Position numbers and translations under genes: made by a program. DNA of 64,000 nt from Thermoproteus sp. (GTDB taxonomy: Archaea; Thermoproteota; Thermoprotei; Thermoproteales; Thermoproteaceae). The stretch lies in NCBI GenBank assembly GCA_049976425.1, contig JBMFIG010000004.1, forward strand, positions 1 through 64,000. The letters are read 5' to 3'. Position 1 is the stretch's first letter, and each line of letters opens with the position of its first letter. The notes beneath the pieces are model-generated. The model saw nothing but the letters and a program-made list of their open reading frames with translations. It searched no databases and was not told the DNA's origin. Below are positions 40,237 to 51,189 of this stretch, piece after piece.

Positions 40237-41243
40237 GATACGGCGGCTCTAATCCTCGGGTCTATGAACGCATATACCACCTCAATTATGAAGTTCATTA
40301 TCAGTATCATCGTCACCACAAAGAAGAACACGCCCTGTATCAGGAAATAGTCGTAGTTGCCTATGGCGTTGCCCAATATGAGGCCGACGCCGGGGTACTG
40401 GAAGGTGAACTCGAGCACGGCGTTTCCGGCGACTATGTAGCCGAGGCTTATCGCGAGGCCCGTGATCTGCGGAAGTATCGCGTTCTTGTAGGCGTACCTC
40501 CTCAATACGCTCCGCGTGAGGCCGAGCGCCTCGCCGTACGCCATGTAGTTGCTCCTGACTTCGCCGAGCATGTTCTGCCTCATGCCGATGGCCCAGCCCC
40601 CGAGGGACACAATGAAGAGGGACAGGAACGGGAGGGCCATATGCCTTAAGAAATCCGAAATATAGGACCAGGACAGCGACGGTATCATGGAATACGGAGT
40701 GCCCGTCGGCGGGAATATCGGTATGTACGACGCGAATATGAGTATCAGGAGAAGCGCGAACCAGAAGTACGGCGCGTTGTTTAGGGCGTAGAAGGCGGGG
40801 AGGGCTACCTTGTCAGTCAAGGCACCTCTCTTGTCGAAACCCAAGTAGGCGCCGAGCTTATTGCCCACATACCAAGACAACAATATTGCGGGGACGAGTA
40901 AGACTATGTCGTAGGGAAGAACCCTAAGTATTATCTCCGATACAGGGGTGCCGAATAGCCAGACGGAGACCCCGAGATCTAGATGGAGGGCGTTCCAGAT
41001 AAAGAGGAGGTACTGCATGTAGAGCGGCTGGTTGAGGCCGAACATGGCCTCGATATGGTTCACGAGCTCCTGCAACGCCTGGGGCGTCATATAGCCCGTT
41101 CCCGCCGACATTATCCTGGACACCATGACCTTGACAGGATCTATAGGCAGTAGCCTAGGCAGTATAAAATCTAGGCTTATAGCTACATACCAAGTAATGA
41201 TATATTCTACTGCTCTCCTACCGATATACTTCCAAATAGTCAT
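40233..41243 (-). CDS. Opp/Dpp-type ABC permease (OppB-like)
   Basis: FGLNQPLYMQY, YPGVG, DYFLIQG and IDPRIR motifs. Confidence 0.92.
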   Translation of the reverse strand: MTIWKYIGRRAVEYIITWYVAISLDFILPRLLPIDPVKVMVSRIMSAGTGYMTPQALQELVNHIEAMFGLNQPLYMQYLLFIWNALHLDLGVSVWLFGTPVSEIILRVLPYDIVLLVPAILLSWYVGNKLGAYLGFDKRGALTDKVALPAFYALNNAPYFWFALLLILIFASYIPIFPPTGTPYSMIPSLSWSYISDFLRHMALPFLSLFIVSLGGWAIGMRQNMLGEVRSNYMAYGEALGLTRSVLRRYAYKNAILPQITGLAISLGYIVAGNAVLEFTFQYPGVGLILGNAIGNYDYFLIQGVFFFVVTMILIMNFIIEVVYAFIDPRIRAAVS

Positions 41244-41275
41244 AAGAAATAAGAAAAATCTTATTTAAAAATTTA

Positions 41276-43789
41276 TCACCTACGCCTCAGAGCCAGTACC
41301 GCCACTACTATTATGACTACTATTAGGAGGCCTACTACGCCCCATACCCAAGACGGCACTGCAGAGACGGTGGTAGTGGCTACGGAGGTGACCACGCTAG
41401 TCACAGGCACGGAGGTAGTCACAGTGACAGGCACAGTCGTCGTGGTGCCCGATATCACAGTAGTCGAATAAGTAGTGGTGACGGTCGTCGAGTATGTTGT
41501 GGTCACGGTCGACACAGCCAACGAGGCCGGTTTGAGGTGCAACACGACTAGTATGTCGTCGGGCGGCGACCAGGCAGGTACAAACACCGGAGCTGGGTTG
41601 CTCGCATTAGGCCAGCCCGTCCAGTAGGTGGTGTCGTAGGCATACCAGTAGGCGCCGGAGAGCAGAGGTATCGCTGGAGCGCACTCGAAATACGCCTTAA
41701 TCAGCTCTGTGTAGTATTTCTGCAGAGTCTGGTAGTCGGTGATCGGGGTGGCCATTATCTTCAAGAATATGTCGTATATCCCGGACTTGTAGAACCTCTC
41801 GTAGTCTCCCCACGTCGCCTGGCCCGGCGGAACAGGTGCGCCGTTAGTGCCTGTCGGATACATAACCTCCTGGAAGTACGGGAACGGAGTGAAGCCGGTC
41901 CAGCTCCACATAATTACGGCGGAGAAAGTGCCTTGCTGGACGTTGGTCCACCACGCGCTGAACTGTGGCGCGGCCATCTCGGCCTTTATTCCGAAGGCGC
42001 TCAGCTGATCTGCCAACATCTGCGCCATCTGCATCCAGTCGGTCCAGCCATAGGGAACGGCTATGGTCAGGCTGAGGATCGTCCCGTTAGGCGTACGCCA
42101 GTAGCCGTCGGAGCCCTTGTAGAAGCCGAGGCTCTGCAGTATCTGGGCGGCCTTCTGCGGGTTGTAGCTCCAGCCGTATTGCTGTACGTCAGTCCAGTTT
42201 ATGTAGGGAGCCCAGGAGTTCTCGAATACAGTGCCGGTAATACAGAGCGGATCCTTGCACGGCAGTTCGTATCCGAACTCGGCTACCTGGGACAGCGGCG
42301 TCGCGTTTATCACCATCGCGACGGCGCGACGCACAGCGCAGATATTCCACGGATAGGTATTATTAGCTATCATCAACATGACGGAAGGATACTGGAGGAA
42401 GTAAGGCGGATTCGGCAGATATGTATACATTCTATATTTGGTGAAGGTCTGTATGTTAGGCACGAAGAAGCTGTTCCAGTCTAGCATATGTTGCTGGATC
42501 ATTGTCGGGACCAACGCATTGGACGTCACGTAGAGCTGGACGAGGTACTTGGGCGGATAAGCGGGGTTCAGCCCGAACAACTTCCAGCCCCACCAGTTAT
42601 CCCACTTGATAAAGACAACCTCTGTCTGGCCTAGGTAGAAGGCCTTGTAGGGACCGCTACCGACCGGGTTGGGGTTAGTCCAAGTCAACGGCGTTGACAC
42701 GTTGTACCATATATGTTGCGGCAGTATCGGGTAGTATCTGAGCTGAGTCGCTAGCCAGTTGTCCATGTTGGGCGTGCCGTTGAATACGAATATCGCGGTC
42801 GTGGTGTTGTAGGGCAACACCGAGATTAAGTTGCCGCCGAACGAAGATGGACCCCATATCCAAGAGTTGCCCAGCTCGGGGTGCTGTAGCTCGTAGTAGA
42901 ACGAGAAGGCTACATCTTGGCTGGTTATGGGCTGGCCGTCCTGCCAGTACTCGCCCGGCCAGAGAGTCACTACGAGGAACGCTCTATCGAAGCTCAACGT
43001 CACTGGCAGAGTGGTCTGGGTCACGCCCGTTAGATTCATCACTATGAACTTGGACGCGGTGACTTTGAATGGGGCGGTGAACACGGGCAGGCCGGTGCGG
43101 GGCACCGGCGTTATCTTGAACACGTCGCCGGGTGCGTAGTAGGCCAGCAGGGTGTACTCGTTGCTGACCTGCAACTGGGTTGGGTAGACAACCGTCACGT
43201 TGAAGAAGACGGGGTTCGATGCGCTGACCGTCACGGTCTTGGTAGACGTAGAGCCGACCACGGCGGTTATGTTGACCACGGTGATAGTGACGTTACCTCT
43301 GGTGGTTATCCCTATGAACTGCGGCGATCCGCCCTTGATATTGCCTATATATTTATACGCCGGCCAGTTAACCGTCGGCACGTTCGCCAAGTTTATCCGC
43401 GTGGTGTACACCTGAACGTTGGTCGCATTGACGGTTATCGTCGCCGACCCTCCGCTGACCGATATCTGTATCGGGACGTTGGCCGAGTACGAGGAGAACT
43501 GCCACCCGTACCACTTGCCCAGCGCCGGGAGCAGGAGGCCTTGATACGGATTCCAGAAGAACAAGGGCCAGTAGACGTAACCGAATACCCCGTAGGCGGC
43601 ACCGGAGGCCCAGAGCTGGGCGAGCGGGTTCCAGTTGGTCGGCGTGTACCACATAGCGCCGCCGGCGTACAGAGTTTCGTTCCTGGGGAGGGAGATCGCC
43701 GTAGTTGTGGTCGTGGTCTGGGCGTATAGGTTAATCGCCAACAGCCCGAGCACCAACAGGAGTGTGGTGTATACCTTGTGCATATACAT
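41276..43789 (-). CDS. Family 5 substrate-binding protein, probably for cello-/beta-gluco-oligosaccharides
   Basis: LPRNETLY, WQDGQPITSQDV, PVGSGPY and VPYGWTDW motifs; Thr-rich linker and C-terminal TM. Confidence 0.9.
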   Translation of the reverse strand: MYMHKVYTTLLLVLGLLAINLYAQTTTTTTAISLPRNETLYAGGAMWYTPTNWNPLAQLWASGAAYGVFGYVYWPLFFWNPYQGLLLPALGKWYGWQFSSYSANVPIQISVSGGSATITVNATNVQVYTTRINLANVPTVNWPAYKYIGNIKGGSPQFIGITTRGNVTITVVNITAVVGSTSTKTVTVSASNPVFFNVTVVYPTQLQVSNEYTLLAYYAPGDVFKITPVPRTGLPVFTAPFKVTASKFIVMNLTGVTQTTLPVTLSFDRAFLVVTLWPGEYWQDGQPITSQDVAFSFYYELQHPELGNSWIWGPSSFGGNLISVLPYNTTTAIFVFNGTPNMDNWLATQLRYYPILPQHIWYNVSTPLTWTNPNPVGSGPYKAFYLGQTEVVFIKWDNWWGWKLFGLNPAYPPKYLVQLYVTSNALVPTMIQQHMLDWNSFFVPNIQTFTKYRMYTYLPNPPYFLQYPSVMLMIANNTYPWNICAVRRAVAMVINATPLSQVAEFGYELPCKDPLCITGTVFENSWAPYINWTDVQQYGWSYNPQKAAQILQSLGFYKGSDGYWRTPNGTILSLTIAVPYGWTDWMQMAQMLADQLSAFGIKAEMAAPQFSAWWTNVQQGTFSAVIMWSWTGFTPFPYFQEVMYPTGTNGAPVPPGQATWGDYERFYKSGIYDIFLKIMATPITDYQTLQKYYTELIKAYFECAPAIPLLSGAYWYAYDTTYWTGWPNASNPAPVFVPAWSPPDDILVVLHLKPASLAVSTVTTTYSTTVTTTYSTTVISGTTTTVPVTVTTSVPVTSVVTSVATTTVSAVPSWVWGVVGLLIVVIIVVAVLALRRR

Positions 43790-44033
43790 GAGAAGTACTG
43801 AGTATATAAGCATTGTTCCTAATATATGTAAAGTTAAAATATATTAAAGTAAAGGGAATCCTAAATTATTCAAAATAATTTATTTATATATTTATAATAG
43901 ATTTTTTAAATTCTAAGACAGCTATTGTTTTTATCATGATATATTTAGTGTCAGATAAACTGCATTTGCTGATGTTTTTATCGTTGGAATAATGATATAC
44001 CTAATGTATATAACCGGGTGTAGTTCAACATGT
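43790..44033. promoter_or_regulatory. AT-rich divergent promoter region between the ABC operon and the GH1 gene
   Basis: Very AT-rich with several TATA-like elements. Confidence 0.6.
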
Positions 44034-45515
44034 ATGCGGAAGTTCCCAAGTGGATTCAGATGGGGCTGGTCGGGCGCCGGCTTCCAGTTCGAGATGGGCC
44101 TCCCCGGGTCGGAGGATCCCAACACGGACTGGTTCGCGTGGGTGCACGATCCCGAAAACATAGCAGCTGGCCTCGTAAGCGGCGACTTCCCGGAGAACGG
44201 AGTGGCCTACTGGCACCTCTACAAGCAGTTCCACGACGACACGGTCAAAATGGGGCTCAACACGATCCGCTTCAACACCGAGTGGTCGAGGATATTCCCT
44301 AAGCCGACCTTCGACGTCAGGGTCCACTACGAGGTTAGAGAGGGCAGAGTAGTGTCGATAGACATTACGGAGAAGGCGCTGGAGGAGCTCGACAAGCTGG
44401 CCAACAAGGACGCCGTGGCCCACTACAGGGAGATTTTCTCCGATATAAAATCGCGGGGGCTGTACTTCATACTGAACCTATACCACTGGCCTATGCCGTT
44501 GTGGGTGCACGACCCCATAAAGGTGAGGCGAGGCGATCTCTCGGGGAGGAACGTGGGCTGGGTCGCCGAGACGACGGTGGTGGAGTTCGCGAAGTACGCG
44601 GCATACGTTGCGTGGAAGTTCGGCGACCTGGCCGACGAGTTCTCGACGTTTAATGAGCCCAACGTGACGTATAACCTGGGGTTCATAGCCGTCAAGGCGG
44701 GCTTCCCTCCGGGCTACCTCAGCTTCCAGATGGCGAGGAGGGCCGCGGTGAATCTGATAACTGCGCACGCCAGGGCGTATGACGCAATTAGGCTGACCTC
44801 CAAGAAGCCCGTCGGCGTCATATACGCGGCGTCGCCCGTATATCCCCTCACCGAGGCCGACAAGGCCGCGGCCGAGAGGGCGGCGTACGACGGGCTGTGG
44901 TTCTTCCTCGACGCGGTGGCAAAAGGCGTCTTGGACGGAGCTACCCAGGACGATCTGAAGGGCAGGCTGGACTGGCTCGGCATAAACTACTACAGCAGGT
45001 CCGTTGTGGTCAAGCGCGGCGACGGCTACGCCGGGGTGCCCGGCTACGGCTTCGCCTGCGAGCCCAACTCGGTGAGCAGAGACGGCAGGCCCACCAGCGA
45101 CTTCGGCTGGGAGATATACCCGGAGGGCCTCTACGATATATTGACCTGGGCCTGGCGGCGTTATGGGTTGCCTCTCTATGTGACCGAGAACGGCATAGCC
45201 GACCAACACGACAGATGGAGGCCGTACTACCTCGTCTCGCATCTGGCCCAGCTACACAGGGCCATACAAGATGGGGTCAACGTCAAGGGCTATCTGCACT
45301 GGTCGCTGACCGACAACTACGAGTGGGCGTCCGGCTTCTCGAAGAAGTTCGGCCTCATATATGTGGACCTCTCAACCAAGAGGCATTACTGGAGGCCCAG
45401 CGCGTACATATACAGAGAGATAGCCGCGTCGAACGGCATACCCGACGAGCTGGAGCACCTAGAAAAAGTGCCGGTTGCCTCCCCCGAGGTCTTGAGGGGC
45501 CTCAGATCGCTTTAA
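44034..45515 (+). CDS. GH1 beta-glycosidase (LacS/CelB-like)
   Basis: GFQFEMG, TFNEP (acid/base), VTENG (nucleophile) and DNYEW motifs. Confidence 0.95.
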   Translation: MRKFPSGFRWGWSGAGFQFEMGLPGSEDPNTDWFAWVHDPENIAAGLVSGDFPENGVAYWHLYKQFHDDTVKMGLNTIRFNTEWSRIFPKPTFDVRVHYEVREGRVVSIDITEKALEELDKLANKDAVAHYREIFSDIKSRGLYFILNLYHWPMPLWVHDPIKVRRGDLSGRNVGWVAETTVVEFAKYAAYVAWKFGDLADEFSTFNEPNVTYNLGFIAVKAGFPPGYLSFQMARRAAVNLITAHARAYDAIRLTSKKPVGVIYAASPVYPLTEADKAAAERAAYDGLWFFLDAVAKGVLDGATQDDLKGRLDWLGINYYSRSVVVKRGDGYAGVPGYGFACEPNSVSRDGRPTSDFGWEIYPEGLYDILTWAWRRYGLPLYVTENGIADQHDRWRPYYLVSHLAQLHRAIQDGVNVKGYLHWSLTDNYEWASGFSKKFGLIYVDLSTKRHYWRPSAYIYREIAASNGIPDELEHLEKVPVASPEVLRGLRSL

Positions 45516-46564
45516 CCGGACCACCTCATTTTTAGAGTCCACCTAAAGGCGGCCTCCGTGGTGAACGGACTGCCGAACTCCGAGCCCAGCTCCACGTCGT
45601 TGAGCCACATGTCGGGGTAGTTGGACAAGGCGGTGTAGGCCGCGGCGGCCCTTATGAAGTCGGCCAGTCTGAAAGACACAGAGCCCGATCTCATGGGCTT
45701 GCTCAATACGAAGGCGATATACTCCCAAGGCATGCCCTCCTTCCTGTACACGTGGAAGACGGCCTCCACGGGCGATCCGTTAACCACGAGGGGTATGCGG
45801 ACCTCGCCGACTTTCTCGCCGGCGGGTATCAGTTGCTGGTAGTAGAGCCATATCATTATCTCTTGCTCCCCCTGTCCCACCGACCTCTCGCCGGTCGATT
45901 TCGTTACCCAGAGATCGAACGCGAAGTCGAAGGGCAGAGTAGGATCGGGCACCTCCACGCTGTACTCCACAGATATGGTGAAGTTCGACGACTCGGCGGC
46001 AGATATCTTGATAGGGAACGGCGAGTTCGGGGACGCCGCGCCTGCCCAGGGCTTGTACCCCAGCCATATCTCGGGATATCCGGCTACCCACGCGTTGGGA
46101 TCGGCCTCGGCTATGTCCTTGAGGGCTTGTTCGTAGTAGAAGACGCCGTCGCAGTAACGCATGGTGGCCGTGCCCGATGCGGACTTGATGTTCCACATAT
46201 TGATCTGCATTATGTAGCCGCCGACGCTGGCCGTCGGGTACTGGGACGGGCCCGTCCACGTCAGCACTACGCAACCGCCGGAGGTCTGCGTTGCGGACGC
46301 GGAGGTAGTGGCTGTGGCTGAGCTATTCACGGACGTCTGGTTGCTCTGAGTTATAGTCGTTACGGCTGTGGAGCTCGGCCCGACCGACGTGGTGTTTTGA
46401 TTTGGAACAACAGACGTGGAGCTCTCTGTGGAGATCTGCGGCGCAACCGAGGCGTTTGTCCGCGGCTCGACGGGCGGCGCCGTCGATCTATAGATTACTA
46501 ATAGCATAACTAGGACGGCGGCCGCGGCTAATACGATGACAGCGGCTAGAGCCTTCGGCATCAT
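45512..46564 (-). CDS. GH12 endoglucanase, membrane-anchored
   Basis: [22 protein letters not shown] and ELGSE motifs; N-terminal TM and Ser/Thr linker. Confidence 0.9.
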   Translation of the reverse strand: MMPKALAAVIVLAAAAVLVMLLVIYRSTAPPVEPRTNASVAPQISTESSTSVVPNQNTTSVGPSSTAVTTITQSNQTSVNSSATATTSASATQTSGGCVVLTWTGPSQYPTASVGGYIMQINMWNIKSASGTATMRYCDGVFYYEQALKDIAEADPNAWVAGYPEIWLGYKPWAGAASPNSPFPIKISAAESSNFTISVEYSVEVPDPTLPFDFAFDLWVTKSTGERSVGQGEQEIMIWLYYQQLIPAGEKVGEVRIPLVVNGSPVEAVFHVYRKEGMPWEYIAFVLSKPMRSGSVSFRLADFIRAAAAYTALSNYPDMWLNDVELGSEFGSPFTTEAAFRWTLKMRWSG

Positions 46565-46603
46565 GGGTATGCATGACGATATACAAAAACGTTTTCGGCA
46601 AGG

Positions 46604-47491
46604 TTAGTAGACGGGGGTCAGCCAAGCTAGGTACTTCTCCTCCTTGCCCAGCACAATCCGCCTATACGTCTCGGCTATCTTCTGCGTTATGGGGCCCTTC
46701 TGCAACACCCTTCCGTCTATTTCTATTATCGGCGTGATCTCGGCGGCTGTCCCGACGAAGAACGCCTCGTCGGCCGCGTAGAGCTCCTCCCTCGTTATGC
46801 TCTTCTCCAGGAGCGGTATCCCCAGATCGCCCGCTATCGAGATGACCGTCTCCCTAGTTATGCCCTCGAGGATGCCGTCCTCCAGAGGAGGCGTCATGAG
46901 GACCCCGCGGCGCACTATAAATATATTCTCGCCGGACCCCTCCACGACCTTGCCCTCGGCGTTCAGCATTATGGCCTCGTCGTATCCCCTGGCCCTCGCC
47001 TCGACGGCCGCCATTATGGAGTTGAGGTATATGCCGGTCGCCTTGGCCATGACGGGCATCATGGAGGTGTGGACCCTCCTCCAGCTCACCACGGCCGCCC
47101 TCACGCCCTCGACCTTCAGGTACTTGCCGAAGGGTATAGCCGCTATGGCCACAGACGCCTGTAGCCCCCTAACGTCTAGGCTGATCTGGGGCTTGGATAT
47201 GTACGCCACCGGCCTTATGTAGAGGTCCTCCTTGAACCCGTTGGCCCTCACAGTCTCGACGACGGCCTTGGAGAGCTCCTCAGCCGTGTAGGGCACGTCG
47301 AGGCCTATTATCTTGGCGGATCTCAGAAGCCTCTCCATGTGGTCCCTCAGCCTGAAGACGTAGAGGTTCTCGCCGTTCCAGTAGGCCCGGATCCCCTCGA
47401 ACACGCCGAAGCCGTAGTTGAGGCTCGGCGAGAGCACCGTCACCTTGGCCTCCTCCTCATCCACAAGCCTCCCGTCCAGCCAGACCTTCAT
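46604..47491 (-). CDS. ilvE: Branched-chain amino acid aminotransferase
   Basis: [27 protein letters not shown] and GTAAE motifs. Confidence 0.96.
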   Translation of the reverse strand: MKVWLDGRLVDEEEAKVTVLSPSLNYGFGVFEGIRAYWNGENLYVFRLRDHMERLLRSAKIIGLDVPYTAEELSKAVVETVRANGFKEDLYIRPVAYISKPQISLDVRGLQASVAIAAIPFGKYLKVEGVRAAVVSWRRVHTSMMPVMAKATGIYLNSIMAAVEARARGYDEAIMLNAEGKVVEGSGENIFIVRRGVLMTPPLEDGILEGITRETVISIAGDLGIPLLEKSITREELYAADEAFFVGTAAEITPIIEIDGRVLQKGPITQKIAETYRRIVLGKEEKYLAWLTPVY

Positions 47492-48474
47492 CTCCCTCCG
47501 AACATCAACCTCCTTATCTCCTCGCCGACCTTCTCGGCGGGATGTCCCCTAATCTCCTCGAGCATCCTCTTGAGGTTGGGCGCGCCTCTGGAGTACTCCT
47601 CGACCCACTCCCGGGCGAACGACCCGTCTCTGACCCTGGCCGCCGCCTCCTTCATCCTCTGCTTCACTGAGTCGTCTATCACCTTGGGCCCGACGGTCAG
47701 CCCTCCGTATCTGGCCGTCTCGCTCACGCCGGTCAACATGCCGTAGAAGCCCCTCTGCCAGATGAGGTCCATGATGAGCTTGGCCTCGTTTATGGCCTCG
47801 AAATACGCCACCTCGGGCTGGTAGCCCAGCTCCACCAACACCTCGAAGCCCTTCCTCAGAAGCTCCAGGAGGCCTCCGACGAGGACGTTCTGCTCCCCTA
47901 TGAGGTCCGTCTCGGTCTCCTCCTTGAACGTCGTCTCTATCACGCCGGCTCTGGTGGCCCCTATGCCTTTGGCTATCGCCAAGGCGTACTCCATGGCCCT
48001 CCCCGAGTAGTTCTGGTGGACCGCGACCAAGGCGGGGACGCCGCGGCCCGCCAAGAACTCGTCGCGGACCAGCCGCCCCGGCCCCTTGGGCGCCACCATC
48101 ACTACGTCGACGTTGGCGGGCGGCTTTATCAAGCCGAAGTGTATGTTGAAGCCGTGTGCGAAGTCGACCACCGCGCCGGGCTTCAGATTGGGCTCTATCT
48201 GCTCGCGCCAGATCTTGGGCTGCTCCATGTCGGGCAGTAGGACCAGCAACACGTCCGCCCTCTTTACCGCCTCGCCCACCTCGTACACCTCGAACCCCTC
48301 CGCCTTGGCTTGGTCCCAGGACTTCCCCCTCCTGACGCCCACCACGACGTTCAGCCCCGAGTCTCTGAGGTTCAAGGCCTGCGCCCTTCCCTGGATACCG
48401 TAGCCGAGAACCGCTATGGTCTTGCCCTTGAGCGGCTCGAGGGAGGCGTCCTTGTCCGTATATATCCTCGCCAT
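47488..48474 (-). CDS. ilvC: Ketol-acid reductoisomerase
   Basis: GYGIQG, AHGF, VAPKGPG and [10 protein letters not shown] motifs. Confidence 0.97.
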   Translation of the reverse strand: MARIYTDKDASLEPLKGKTIAVLGYGIQGRAQALNLRDSGLNVVVGVRRGKSWDQAKAEGFEVYEVGEAVKRADVLLVLLPDMEQPKIWREQIEPNLKPGAVVDFAHGFNIHFGLIKPPANVDVVMVAPKGPGRLVRDEFLAGRGVPALVAVHQNYSGRAMEYALAIAKGIGATRAGVIETTFKEETETDLIGEQNVLVGGLLELLRKGFEVLVELGYQPEVAYFEAINEAKLIMDLIWQRGFYGMLTGVSETARYGGLTVGPKVIDDSVKQRMKEAAARVRDGSFAREWVEEYSRGAPNLKRMLEEIRGHPAEKVGEEIRRLMFGGR

Positions 48475-48502
48475 GGCCCTCAATAGGCTATGTTTTTAAC
48501 AG

Positions 48503-48766
48503 TCATCGCCTCTCCCTCAACGCCACGGCCATCGCGGGCGCAGTCTGTAGCTTGCCTATCTCGAGGACCTCCGGCAGTTTGTCCAGCTTGGCCACCAGCC
48601 AGTTTATCTCGTCGGCCGGGCCCTCCACGTCCATAACTATGTGGTACGTCGAGTCCCTCGCCTCTATCTCCATGCGCCTCACGAACACCTTCGCCCTCCT
48701 CACTATGCTGACGACCCTCCCGACGTAGTCCATCGAGGAGGGTATCCTTATGCTAATGGCGCTCAT
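48503..48766 (-). CDS. ilvH: Acetolactate synthase small (ACT) subunit
   Basis: ACT-like fold, KLDKLPEV; lies between ilvB and ilvC. Confidence 0.75.
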   Translation of the reverse strand: MSAISIRIPSSMDYVGRVVSIVRRAKVFVRRMEIEARDSTYHIVMDVEGPADEINWLVAKLDKLPEVLEIGKLQTAPAMAVALRERR

Positions 48767-50527
48767 ACCTCAACGACACGTCCTCCATCCCCTCGGGCAG
48801 AATTGCTTGGGTTAGCCAATCGCCGGGCTTCACCCAAGGCAACACGATGTCCTTGTCCTCGTCTATGGTCACGTCTATCACTATAGGCTCGTTGTTCCTC
48901 ACAGCCCACGACACGGCCCTCTCCAGCTCCTCGTAGGTCGACGGCTTGACGCCCTCTATCCCGTAGGCCTCCGCTATCTTCAAGAAGTCGGGGTTCCTCG
49001 CGAACCTCACGGCGATCTGCCTATTGCCGTACATGTAGACCTGCCACTGCTTGACCAGCTGTAAGGACGCGTTGTCGAATATCACCTCGACAAAGGGCAG
49101 ATCGTACTCCCTCACCAGCGCGAGGTTGTTGAAGGTCATCTGGAACGACCCGTCGCCGTCTATACACACGACGGGCCTAGAGCGGTCGGCGAGCTTGGCG
49201 CCGAGAGCCGCAGGTATGCCGAAGCCCATCGTGCCCAGGCCGGCCGACGTTATGAAGGTCCCCGGCTCGTACACCTCCCACCAGATCTCCGACCACATCT
49301 GGTGTCCCCCCACGCCCGTCACGGTGACGGCGTTCGGCGGCGTGGCCCTCCTCACCGCCTTTAGCACCTTCCAGGGCGCGAAGTACTTGAACTTGCCGGC
49401 GGCCTTCTCCATGGCCTCTTCGTACCTCCTCCTGATCTCGTAAAGCCAGGCGAGGAACTTGGGGCTCCTCGCGGCGGCCGACGGCATTAGGTCCAGCATC
49501 TCCCTAAGAGCCTCCTTGGCGTCCGCTATTATGCCGACGGTGGGCTTCACGTTCTTCCCCACCTCGCTTCGGTCGATATCTATATGGATCAGCTTGACCT
49601 CGCCCGACCTAACCATCTCCTGGAGCTCCTTGAACCTCCCCCAAGTCCTGTCGCTGAACCTGGTCCCCACGGCCACCACCACGTCGGCGTTTGCCAAAGC
49701 CGCGTCCGCCTCGGCCCTCCCGTGCATCCCGGCCGGCCCCATATACAGCGGGTGGTTGTGGGGGATGGCGGCCTTCCCGGGCAAGGTCGACACGATGGGC
49801 GCATTGAGCCTCTCGGCGAGCTCCAGCACCTCCTTGGTGGCGCCCGACCACAACACTCCGCCTCCCGCCAGCACCACCGGCCTCTCCGCCTCCAAGATCA
49901 TCTTGACGGCCTTCGCCACGTCCTCCTCCCTGGGCTTGGGAGGTATGAACTTTGCCGCGTTTATCTGTATCTTGGCCTCGCCCCTATACTCCATCAGCTG
50001 GAGATCCCTCGGCAGATCCACCAAGGTCGGTCCGGGCCTCCCCAGCATCGAGATCTCGTAGGCGATCTTGACGGCGGCCGTGGCCTCCTCCGGCCTCTTC
50101 ACCTGGTACACCCACTTGGTTATAGGCGTCGCCACCCCCAATATGTCGGTCTCCTGGAACCCATCCCTCCCGAACACCCACGTGGCTACCTGCCCCGTTA
50201 TCGCCGCGACGGGCACCGAGTCCATGTAGGCGTCGGTCAAGCCAGTCACCAAGTTCGTGGCGCCGGGGCCGCTCGTAGCGGCCACCACGGCGGGCCTCCC
50301 CGCTACTCTGGCGTAGCCCTCGGCTGCGTGCACGGCGCCCTGCTCGTGGCGGAACATGACCACCTCTATGTCGTCTACGAAATACGCCGCGTCGAATAGG
50401 GCCATTATAGAGCCGCCCGTTATTCCGAGGATGTGCCTTACCTTGAGCTCCCTAAGCGTGTCGATTATTCTGTCGACGACTCTATTGGGGCGATCCCCTC
50501 GAGCCCCGAAGCGACCCCCGAATCCAT
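48753..50527 (-). CDS. ilvB: Acetolactate synthase large subunit; predicted -1 frameshift near the start
   Basis: [19 protein letters not shown] and GDGSF motifs; ATG 50527 opens a 20-codon ORF and the enzyme is in the -1 frame. Confidence 0.93.
50465..50527 (-). promoter_or_regulatory. Putative Val/Leu/Ile-sensing frameshift cassette (TCG GGG GTC; TCG GGG CTC; GAG GGG ATC)
   Basis: Three tandem G-GGG sites, each followed by a branched-chain amino acid codon. Confidence 0.8.
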
Positions 50528-50630
50528 ACGGCAACTATTTAACCTATATTTAAAGATTGTCTTCCTACATAAAAGGCGGAGGAGGCGCCGTACGAGCGGA
50601 ATGCTTAAAAGCTATATAGATACCTGCGCC

Positions 50631-51119
50631 ATGGAGATAAGAGGTCGGGCACTGGTCTACGGCGATAAGATAGACACCGATATAATCATACCGGCCCGCT
50701 ATCTGGTATACACCGACCCCAAGATCTTGGGCGAACACGCCATGGAGCCTCTGGACCCCGACTTCCCCAAGAAGGCCAAAGGCGCCATACTGGTGGCCGG
50801 CAGGGCCTTCGGGATGGGCAGCAGCCGCGAGCAGGCGGCGACGGCCCTCAAGGGCGCCGGCGTCTTAGCCGTCGTGGCCGAGTCCTTCGCCCGCATATTC
50901 TTCCGCAACGCCGTCAACGTAGGCCTTCCCGTCCTTCAAGCCCCCGCCAGGAGCAGAGTGAGAGAGGGCGACGAGCTCCTCGTGAGGCTGGACGCGGGCG
51001 AGGTGGTGAACCTCACCACTGGCGAGGTCATCAAGGGGAAGCCGCTCTCCGGCTTGGTCCTCGACATAATAAAAGCGGGCGGCCTCGTGGAGTACCTAAA
51101 GGCCAGGCCCCGTATATAG
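50631..51119 (+). CDS. leuD: 3-isopropylmalate dehydratase/homoaconitase small subunit
   Basis: [16 protein letters not shown] and SFARIFFRN motifs. Confidence 0.93.
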   Translation: MEIRGRALVYGDKIDTDIIIPARYLVYTDPKILGEHAMEPLDPDFPKKAKGAILVAGRAFGMGSSREQAATALKGAGVLAVVAESFARIFFRNAVNVGLPVLQAPARSRVREGDELLVRLDAGEVVNLTTGEVIKGKPLSGLVLDIIKAGGLVEYLKARPRI

Positions 51120-51168
51120 AGCGAATATAGTCGGCGCTAGGCTTAAATATCCCGCGGCCTCTGCCGCC

Positions 51169-51189
51169 ATGCGTTCGGGGAAAACGTAA
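51169..51189 (+). promoter_or_regulatory. Putative Lys-sensing frameshift cassette (TCG GGG AAA)
   Basis: ATG 26 nt after TTAAATAT; no in-frame ATG/GTG/TTG before the catalytic DSTLREGEQ. Confidence 0.8.

Noticed and set aside
51177-51184. Transcriptional slippage or sequencing error in G-runs as the explanation for the frame breaks
   Set aside because: The runs are only 4-5 G, and random error would not place a pathway-matched codon after all nine sites
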